The notes beneath the pieces were generated by a model, which had not been told where the DNA came from, searched no databases, and worked only from the letters and a program-made list of their open reading frames with translations. 20,000 nucleotides of DNA from the NCBI GenBank assembly GCA_002245135.1, contig NGBS01000583.1:551228-571227 (forward strand), read 5' to 3'. The position numbers and the translations under genes were made by a program. This document shows, piece by piece, positions 9,725 through 19,732 of the stretch (position 1 is the first letter of the stretch; each line of letters starts with the position of its first letter). The stretch is from Proteromonas lacertae (Eukaryota).

Positions 9725-9780
9725 TTTGAAGAATAAATCTATAGAAAGCTTGAAGTTTGAGTTACAAATTATTTTGAAAA

Positions 9781-11192
9781 ATGAGTGATTCAGAGTTTTG
9801 CTTTAGTTTTCAAGGCCCAAAAGCCACACCTGATTTTCCTCATACTCTCAAAAGATCCAAATCCTTCAGTGATATCTTGGAAGAAGCAGAAAATGAGAAA
9901 AATGAAACTCCTGAAAGGAATTTATTCACATCAAAGATAATAAAACAATTAAAATTCGCGAATGATGAATGTTTTAAAGAATTAACAAGGTATGTTTATT
10001 TTTATTCTTCAATTTTAGTCATTGTGTTTTGCCTCTTCCAGATACACCTTTAGCTCAATTTCAAATAGCTGTATGCACCGAAATTCATCAGATTTTACTG
10101 GTATATTTTACTGTTGATCTAATTCATAATTTTAGAATGCTTGTAGTGAAGATAAGATAGAAAAAACTGCTCTTATGGATGATTTATTTCACAATCTCTC
10201 TTGTGATATTGATTATGAAACACGAAAAAGATTAAAACTGTCAATAGTTGATCATTGTTATAGATTCTTCGAAATAGTAGCAACTTATTATATAACACCA
10301 GAAACACATACTTTATTCGCAGAACTAATAGAATCAACAAATATCCTACAAAGTCATATACTTTTTCCTTCAATTTTCGTATTATTATCATATTTATGGA
10401 TATTATATGATAATCCTAATACAAAGGATAATTATGAGAGTAAAAAGTATTGGACAATATTCTGTAAAGGCTGTAATCAGTTATTTTGGTGTGATTTAAT
10501 TAATTCAACTCATAAATATCAAGCCATATTTGATAATTTAATACATTCAATCTCCTCTATATTGTGCTCAACTGAGAATAATATTATCCCTTATATTGTG
10601 AGAAATGAGATAATATTGTTGATAGATAGATTTTTCTTCTATTATTATACAGTTAAAGAGTTGGATAATTATTTAAACAATATATACAAAGTAGATAATA
10701 GTGTAGATGAAGATTACACAGTATAAAAACTCATTATTTCATCATTTTTCTATATAGACCCATTATAATATGTTTATATTAGCAATATCACAACAAATTC
10801 ACTTAATTGAAGATGAAGAAGCATTACTAACATACCTAGATAATATCGGTAAATGTAAAGTGCCCACTGATCATAGAACTTCCTTTAAATTACAAAGTGC
10901 ACTAGTTGTATTATCATACCCTGGTGGACCTTTATTTCCCACTAGAAATGTAAGAATCGCAACAAAGAATGTAGTTAATACTTTATACCCTGCTGGTAGA
11001 TATAGTCGAAAATTAGTGAACTTATTCTTTAGAATACTTCATCCTTATTATTGGCCTAACGATGCTTTGTACTGGATTAAGCAGAATGTAATAGCTTTGT
11101 TTCAGTTGTATGTTATGTATATAGTAGCATTCTTTAGTTGGTTGAAGAGACTATTAATACCTTGTATAAAAGATAAATCTCACAAATCATAG
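9781..11192 (+). CDS. Conserved uncharacterised protein, 436 aa; exons 9781-9989, 10019-10100, 10136-10720, 10758-11192
   Basis: Three GT-AG introns (29, 35, 37 nt) join three ORF-track fragments in frame. The C-terminal PGGPLFPTRNVR..LYPAGRYSRKLVNLFFRILHPYYWP motif resembles, from memory, an uncharacterised plant/protist family. Hydrophobic tail. Confidence 0.8.
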
Positions 11193-11325
11193 ATACTTCG
11201 TATTTTTAGTTTAATTTTGATTAATACGTTGTTATTATATTGAATATATATTTGTTTTCTTGAAACTCATTCTATTACACACTTTTTTAAGTTTTAAAAA
11301 TATAGCTGTTTCAAAATAATTAAAA

Positions 11326-11989
11326 ATGATTATCATCATTTCAGTTATAGTTGGACTGTTTTATGGAATATACTATTTACTTAAACCAAAAATAGCGGAA
11401 GTAGATGAAGAATCTCCTAAGAAAGTTCAAAGTATTTCTTCTATTTTTTATTAGCATGACTATATTGTAGATTTTGCACCAAACAAAATTCCAAAGCGCA
11501 TTGATGCAATTGTAGTAGGTTCTGGAATTTCATCTCTATGTTGTGCAGCTAATTTGAGTAATCTAGGATATAGAGTAGTAGTACTAGAAAAATCACCAAA
11601 CATAGGTGGATGTCTTCATTCTTATACATATCAAAAATATGAATTTGATAGTGGACTTCATTTCATTGGAAATATGTTTCCTGGAAAGAAAGACTTTACA
11701 TTTTTGCAAGATGTAATGGATGAAAAGGTATATTCTTTTATATAATGTTTATTTTTGAATATTAGTGTGAATTCACTTCAATGAACAGAGGAGGTGAATC
11801 AGGTGAAGCATTTGATAAAGTACTAATAGAAAACAAGACATATGAAATACCAGGTGAAGTAGACAAATGTAAGCAAGCTTTGTACAATTATTTCCCAGAA
11901 GAAAAACCAGCAATTGATCAATATTTTGATGAAATAAAAAAAGGTAAAAGTCAATACAATACATTATTCTTTTTAAAGATGTTTCCTAA

Positions 11990-12025
<36 letters not shown>

Positions 12026-13286
12026 TAGTTGGTTATCTTCATTTTTAATGAAATATTTCTATCCAAATTTAGAAGATGAAATGAAAAAAACTTTAGAAGA
12101 AGTGGTATTGAAGATAACAGATAATAAAACACTTCGTAAAATAATGTGTAGATATTATTTAATGTATATATAATATTAATCATATTTATTATATTATAGC
12201 ATGGGAGGTGGACCATCTGAAATATCGTTTGCTGCTTATTCAATGCTTACAGATCATTATTTAAAGGGATCTTCATATCCAACTGTATGTATTGACATTA
12301 TTATTATTAAATAGAAAGGTTCTGGTGATATAGCTGATAGAATAGTGAATTATATACTCAATAGAAATGGCTTATTCTTTGTTAGAGCAGATGTAAAAGA
12401 AATTATCATTAATAACAGTAATAAAAAAGTAGAAGGTGTAAGAATCAAGTATTTAGATCAATTAGTAGATGTTAAATCATCAATTGTTATATCAACAATT
12501 GGAATACCAAATACATATAAACTATTAGAAAATGTATATGAAAATATATGATAATTATATATAATGAAATAGATACCAAATGTAAAAGAATCAAAAGGAT
12601 ACAAACTAGTTCAAACCATGAGTAATAGTGAAGCAGCAGTAACAGTTGAATTAGTATTAGATGGTAGTCCAGAGGATTTTGGTATTGATTCATCCAACTA
12701 TTGGTTCTTCCCTGATGGTACATTTCACGATAACTTAGAGAAATTCTACAAGGACAGTAATACACCAATACCTGTTGTATATTGTACTTGTTTAACAGCA
12801 AAGAGTCAATATTATAGAGAGAAATATGCTGGTAAAACTTTATTACAATTAATTACATTTGGTGGTGATTATAAATGGTATGAAAAGTGGAGAAATGAAA
12901 GACCAATGTGTAGATCAGAGGAATATGCTGAAGTGAAAGATAAAATAGCCAATCAGATGTTAGAATATGTTTATAACAAATTCAAAAATGCAAGAGAAAA
13001 AGAGGTGTTTCATAGAAGTAGTTCTCCTTTAACTAATGAATTTTATATTAATACTCCACAAGGATCATGTTATGGAATAAAGCCAACACCAGAAAAGTTC
13101 CTTAATTGGAAATACTTTAGGATATTTACTGAATATAGTGGATTATATAATAGTGGTCAAGATGTGTTTAGTCATGGAGTATTAGGTGCATTTTGGAGTG
13201 GTTATTTCTGCGCTGCATGTGTGGCTCCTCAACTATTTATTAAATTGATATTATTATCTATTAAAGCAAGTAGAATGAAAAAGTAG
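11326..13286 (+). CDS. RETSAT: All-trans-retinol 13,14-reductase / phytoene desaturase family FAD oxidoreductase, copy A, 579 aa; exons 11326-11431, 11471-11727, 11766-11989, 12029-12163, 12200-12284, 12315-12533, 12573-13286
   Basis: N-terminal TM anchor, Rossmann motif DAIVVGSGIS..VLEK..GGCLHSY..YEFDSGLHFIG, SSPLTNEFY..PQGSCYG and SGQDVFSHGVLGA. Six GT-AG introns (30-39 nt) restore the frame. Confidence 0.85.
11991..12020. repeat. (TA)15 microsatellite making up most of intron 11990-12028
   Basis: Perfect TA dinucleotide run directly after the donor G. A shorter run occupies the start of intron 4496-4540. Confidence 0.9.
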
Positions 13287-13430
13287 AATAAATATGTAAT
13301 TCTTATATTCATTAATCATATATTATTGTCTAAATATTATAAAGATCTTGTTTAACCATCAAATTTACAAAAATTGTCAAAGTTTGTCAAATATAGGCTT
13401 GACATTGTTTGAAATTCTTTTTTCTCTATC

Positions 13431-15222
13431 ATGTTTTTAGAGATACTTTGTGTTTTATTTCTTCCAGTTGTAGGAGCTGCAGGATATTTTGGATACAAAG
13501 CGTATAAAATTAAAAACCAAAATGTGTTAGGTACAAAAATGTCAAAACTAGAACGTATATTTGTCGTATTAGTGTTTTAGTGTTTGCACCTGAAAAACTT
13601 CCTGATAGAATTGATGATATTATTATAGGAGGTGGAGTATCTGGATTAGTATGTGCTGCAAGCCTTGCCAAAATAGGTCATCATGTTTGTATTTTAGAGA
13701 AAGCAAAATCTGCAGGAGGTGCTTTACATGGCTACTCATGTAAAGAATATGAATTTGATTCTGGAATTCATTTCATTGGTGATCAAATACCTGGTTGGAT
13801 GGATTATGAAGCAATCAGAGAGTTCTGTGAAGAACCAGTTGATATGGTTGAATTAAGAGGAGGAGAAACAGGAAATGCATATGATGTAATTCAAATTGGA
13901 GATAAGGTATTTGAAGTTCCAGCTGGTGTAGATAATTACAAAAGAGCTTTATATAGTTATTTTCCTGATGAACATCAAGCTATTAATGATTTTTTTGTTT
14001 GTATAGAAGAAGCTAAAAATACATTTCAAACTACTTTTCCATTGAAAATTGTTCCATCGTATTTTTTCGATATATTTTATTATTATTTAGATTTCTTGTT
14101 CCAGTAATGAAAAAGAATATAAATAAAGGAATTAAATATGTATCCCAAACAATAGATGAAGTAGTAGATTCTTTAACAGACAATAAAGTATTAAAACAAT
14201 TACTAACTCATTATTTCACAATTTGTGGAGGAAGTACCAGCGAAGTTTCATTTGCTGTATTTGCTGAAATATTCGATCATTATCAAAGAGGAGCATTTTA
14301 TCCTGCAAAAGGAGGCATTGAAATAGCAAAGCAATTAATTAGCTATATTTTACATAGAAATGGTGTAATTTTTACTAAAGCTGATGTTGATGAAATAATG
14401 ATTAATGGAGATAATGTTGTTGAAGGTGTAAAAGTGAAATACTTAAATGAATCAGTTGACATTAAATGTAATAGTGTTATTAGTTCAGTTGGTATGATAC
14501 ATACTTATGACTGTATAAAATCTGTTGAAGATATTAGATCAACCAGTGAATATCAATTCATTAATCATTTACAACCATCAGATAGTAGTGTTATTGTTGA
14601 ATTGGTATTGGATGGTAAACCAGAGGATTATGGTATTACTGCTTCAAATTATTGGTTCTTCCCAGAAGGTAGTCATAGTGAAAATATTGAAAAATATTAC
14701 AGAGAAAAGAATCATCCAATACCAGCTGTGTATTTTACATGTATATCAGCAAAAAGTCCATATTTCCATGATCTACATCCAGATAAATGTGTTATCCAAG
14801 CATTGACTATATGTGGTCAATATGAATGGTTTGATAAATGGAGAAGTGAAAGACCAAAGAATAGATCTGAAGGATATGAAGAAGTTAAAGATCAAATAGC
14901 TAATCAATTGTTAGAATATATTTTTAATCGTTTTCCAGGTACAAGAGATAAAGAAATATTACATAGAAGTAGTTCTCCTTTAACTAATGAGTATTATATG
15001 AATAGTCCAAAAGGATCATGCTATGGATTAAAACCAACACCAGAAGTGTTAATGAATGGTGATTATTTCCCAATTGTTAGTAAATATAAAGGATTATGTT
15101 TAACAGGTCAAGATATATTCTGTCATGGTATTGTTGGTGCATGGTTAGGCGGATTTCTTACTTCGTTAATGGTTTTATATTTTCAAATTCATAAACACAA
15201 ACAAACACAAATGCAACAATAA
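13431..15222 (+). CDS. RETSAT: RETSAT/phytoene desaturase family FAD oxidoreductase, tandem copy B, 577 aa; exons 13431-13554, 13581-14058, 14091-15222; aberrant C-terminus
   Basis: Collinear with copy A (IIIGGGVSG, YEFDSGIHFIG, SSPLTNEYY, TGQDIFCHGIVGA). Two GT-AG introns (26, 32 nt). Similarity to copy A ends at about 15174. Confidence 0.8.
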
Positions 15223-16520
15223 CAACAGCAACAGCGACAGCAAGAAGAAACATCCTCACAGCAGCAGCAACAACAACAACAATTACAATCATCAATTCAA
15301 AATCAAGATCAAAATCAACAAAATCAACAACAATTGAATATTCAAAATCCAAATATTGAAATATCACCTAATCTATCTTCAGCAAATAATCAATCTCAAA
15401 TGAAAAATAATATGAATGAGAATAAAACGAAAAAAAAATGAAAAATACTTCGCTTTCAAATAATAACATTCAACAACAACAACAGACAACAATTAATAAA
15501 TGAAAAATACATAAAAACAGAATGTAATTCATTTCTGAAAGAATTAAAATCAAGTAGTAAATTAGAAAAGATTTGTTATTTCCGTTTTTTAATAGAAGGA
15601 GTTAATAAAACTGACAGAAAACATATACATAAACTATTAAAAGAAAATTTCTAAAATGAAAACATAAATTGTGGAAATAATAATAATAACTGTTGTGATT
15701 TTTCTAATAATTATGGAGGAATAAATAATAATAGTCGAAATGGTAGTATGAGACCATATAGACCAAGTAGTGATGTAACTCTCTCAACGGAAACACACAG
15801 AAAAAGATCAATTCAAGCTTGGAATCAACTTGCGAAAGTATTTGGAGCAGAAGAAGAGAAAAAAGGAGGAAATAATTGTGATTTAGCTATGTTTAATGGA
15901 TTGAAATGTATATGTTTTTGAATCATAGAGATTATTTGACTGAGTTGTGTAAAGTGTATGGTCTTTGTGCGAATAAAGAAGAAAATCAAAAGCAAATGAA
16001 TGATCAAGATATATCTGATGAAACAAATGATAAAATTGTGTGATAATCATGGTCTTGTATAACATATGATGAAGAGTTAGATGATATTGATAACAAAAAT
16101 ACCAGAGCTGCGCTATCCAAAATTACCTCCTACAAGGTTAGCTAGAAGAAATAGAAGAATTGTGAAGGAAAACCAGTATTCACCAATGTGTTGTGATTGT
16201 CTCTTTTGTATCATAGTTATGTTATTTGTATTTATTATATATTTTATTTTTTTAAATTGAGAGTAGAATTTAAATTATTGAAAGAGAAAAAAATAATTGA
16301 GTTTGAAAAGAGTCTGAGTAAACAACATTATAATGATTAAGATAATCATACTAACCTTGAAGAATGTATTGAGATTCCTGATAAGAATGCAAACATTAAT
16401 ATATCTATCATCAACATTTAATAAAACACTTTCTGAGTTATGAATATCTTCTGAAACATTACCACTAATGATAGTGAAAACGAAGAATATAGCATATTGA
16501 ACAGTCATATTTTTAATTAA
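15175..16520 (+). pseudogene. Decayed Q/N-rich coding relic of unknown family
   Basis: One frame stays protein-like for about 250 codons with scattered stops (TAA 15220, TGA 15439, TAA 15652, TGA 15919). Further coding-like segments with multiple stops continue in shifted frames to about 16520. Confidence 0.45.
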
Positions 16521-16642
16521 AACACAAAAATATAAACAGTTTAAAAACACATATTATATTGTTTTTATTTTTTTTAAATTCATATTTCATAAATTAAAAG
16601 AATATTTTCAATGAATACTATGCTAAAAATATGAGAATGAGA

Positions 16643-16662
16643 AAAGGACAAAGTTGTCCTTT
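16643..16662 (-). terminator. Perfect 8-bp hairpin (AAAGGACA-N4-TGTCCTTT) resembling a bacterial intrinsic terminator
   Basis: Inverted repeat seen directly, about 145 bp downstream of the stop of the intronless - strand gene, with T-rich flanks. No function in a eukaryote is supported. Confidence 0.2.
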
Positions 16663-16806
16663 CGCTTTTATTATTTTTACTCTTTTCAAAAAATTTTATA
16701 ACTCAGAGCAGAATTTTCTTTTCTGTGTTCATTTGAAAATCCAAAAAATTAAAAAAAAATAAGATAATAAAAGCAATATAATAGAAATTTATAGTATTTC
16801 AGTTTT

Positions 16807-19645
16807 TCATAAATTCGTAGATATAACAAGAGTAATAGTTCCAGAAACTATTTGAGCCACTTCTGCACCTAACATAATTTTTCTTGTAGTTAAACTATCT
16901 TTAAAAAAATTTTCAATTACTTCACTTATAATTCCTCTAGCACATAATATTATTGTATTAGGAACTGTTGTAAATGGCTCACAATTAACTATTGATGCTA
17001 TAGTTATGCCAATACTAAAACCTATTGAAGCAAATGCTGATACAATCTTGACAGTCTTGACTAATGGATTAAACTCTACATTGTCTACTGGTGGATGAGA
17101 AAACATACGCAAAGTATCTAATGCGTGATGAACTATACAAGCTAACATTGATAAGAGTGCATCACCCATACTCGTTTTTTTATAAGGTATACATGAATCG
17201 ACAAACATAGATATAGTCATAATCAGATCTGCAGATGCAGCGAAAGGCTTTATAGCTTCGTTTTGTGGCAAAAAAGAACCAATTTTAAAAACTCCACCTA
17301 CTACTTGTATAGATAACACTATGCAACTTGTTACTACAGACCGAGTCATTTTCTTTATTTTTGTTAATATGGTATAAGGAATGGAAGCAGCTAGAGAAAT
17401 GACTGATAACCAGGTTATTTTACCTAATCCTAGGTATTTACATATGGAACTGATGATGGGTATCTCCATATTTATAACATCTCTTAAATCAGAGAGTATA
17501 GATCCTATAAGATCAATTGCAATTTGGAATAACTGTTTTGATACATTTAAAACAACGTCTATTAACTCTCTAATTGCTTCACAAAAAGTATTCAAAACAT
17601 TATTTATTACATTTCCTTTTGTAAAAGCATCTTTGATTTTATTGAAAAAATTATCAAATACTCCTTCGTAATCTCCAATAAATAAACACTTGGACATTAA
17701 TGAATCCATGAACTTCTTAAACATTTTTTCAAAGATACTTCCAATGCTTTTCTTTTTGTTTTCTGATATTAACGAATATGCTACATAATTATTTTGAGAT
17801 AATCTATCTGATTCTTCATTAACAGTTTCTTGTTTTATAACATTTTCTCTTTCTTTTTCTAAATAAGATACAGTTTCATTTTTTTTATTTTCTATTTTAT
17901 ATATTTCATTGTTAATATTCTGTTTCCAATTTGACCTAGTTTCACTATTATTAAATTGATTTATTAATAGCTCAAGATTGCTATTAATACTTCTTTCTAT
18001 TTCTTTAGCATTTCTAAATACATCACCAATGTTGAACAATCTACATAAAAATTTACCTATATCAACTATTATATTACCTAAACGAGATATATAAGCTAAA
18101 AACGAATGCCATCAATTTTTGAGCTGTATCGCATATCCATTTTATTGTATATCTTATGCCATCAACAATGTAATCAATAATTATATTCATTTTCTCTTTT
18201 ACAAAGTATGTTATTTTGCAACTCCATGATATACTGCAGAAGTAAATTTTTAATACTGTTCCATATGGATTTAAGACCATCTAAAACAGCATTTCTTCTC
18301 TTTATAATACCTCTACCACTTTCATATGTTCCATCGTCATTTAGTACAAAATAAAAACAATCATCTAATGAATTTCCATCTTTAGTCATGCTTTCTTCCT
18401 CATTTAATATATCTATTGCATCTAAAAAACTCTTACATTTTTCTTTATCATCTGCTATTGAAAAATCTTTTAGATCTTCTTCTTTATAGTTTTTATTTCA
18501 TTTAGCACCTTTTCATTTGGATCAATAACTTCTTTTGTGCCTCCAAATTCGATTGTATATGAACATCCTGCTATATCATCAAATACTTCTTCCAATATTG
18601 TAAAATAACCACATGTAATTGGAACTGTTATAGGCTTTCCTGAATCTACAAAATATACTTTATCATTTATAATTAATGAGCTATATTCATCTGTATATAT
18701 TGTAATATTATCTATATCGTCACTCAATTCATTGTCTTTATATATTCTACATTCAGTCATCATCACATTACGAATAGATGCTTTATCTTCTGACGAAAAC
18801 ATGTACATTGGCATTATATCTATCGACATTTTTTTAAATTTTACTTCATAATCATCTCCATATTCTTCTACTTCGATAAATGTACCATCATCGCATTCGA
18901 AAGTTACTTTACCCATATCTTTTATATTACTGCACCACTAAGTACAAATTGCAATTTTTTTTCAAAAATATTGGGACTATAAAGAATTATGTTTTCACCA
19001 TCTGATAGAGCTTCTGCAAACATTTTATTATTCTTTATTACAAACTTTTTAAAGTAAATTTCCATCTCTAATTTTATTTTTTACTATACATCTATCATTT
19101 TCTATTTTTAATTGGTATAGCATAGTTTTATGATCCACAGTGTTGTTACATATATAAAAACAATCATTATCTCCTGAATATTGCATTAGAGTAACAGAGC
19201 CAATTTCATCGAAAAAACTTACAAATGTCTCACTCGACATACGATACACCCCTCTTGATGTCAATACTAAACGCTCACCTTGGGCATATACAAACGAATA
19301 ACGAAATTCTTCTGACAACTGATGTGTTTCATAATCTCTATCTTCACCTAAAATAGAGGCGCATAAAGCATATGTATTACCTAAACTATCTCTATATAAA
19401 CAAAATATTATAGGTTCATCAGCCATTTCCATACTTACACTAATTAGCTTACCTTCTACACTTATCTCTTTTGTGACCATGTCTTGCACTTTAATTCCAA
19501 CTGTAATACATCCGCCATATTCACTACTCAGCAACTCATAAGTCGTATCTTGATAGTAAAAAACTGGGTGCATGCGAGATGCTAGCTTGTAATCAAAGTT
19601 CGTATTATATGTATAACATGAATAGTGTTCTAAAGAATAGACCAT
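16807..19645 (-). pseudogene. Single intronless gene of about 945 aa broken by five single-base frameshifts; beta-rich N-half, helical middle, hydrophobic C-terminus; uncharacterised
   Basis: ORF-track pieces 19645-19049, 18916-18470, 18389-18174, 18280-18074 and 18039-16807, plus an unlisted frame at about 19080-18925, join via shifts at about 19082 (+1), 18928 (-1), 18485 (-1), 18245 (+1) and 18098 (+1). No in-frame stop and no intron is needed. The true start is uncertain. Confidence 0.7.
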
Positions 19646-19706
19646 TAGACAATAAAATCCTTAAAATATCTTTATAAAGATAAATATTGATGAATCGTCA
19701 TATTAA

Positions 19707-19732
19707 GGGCGGGGTTAGGGGGAGAGCTAGGG
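19707..19732 (+). other. Canonical G-quadruplex-forming motif GGG-C-GGGG-TTA-GGGGG-AGAGCTA-GGG
   Basis: Four G-tracts of at least 3 with loops of 1, 3 and 7 nt. It is the only such G-cluster I saw in the window and contains one GGGTTAGGG. Confidence 0.55.

Noticed and set aside
15220..15222. TAA within a poly-Gln run suggesting a ciliate-type code (TAR = Gln)
   Set aside because: Intact genes here end in TAA or TAG and have no in-frame TAR in conserved exons. The relic also has TGA stops.
4855..17671. Short overlapping or antisense ORFs (4855-5073, 9385-9603, 10173-10391, 11773-11964, 12025-12243, 12487-12801, 14525-14806, 15158-15367, 15825-16065, 16275-16550, 17381-17671)
   Set aside because: They are alternative-frame or antisense shadows of recognised genes or relics, with no independent features.
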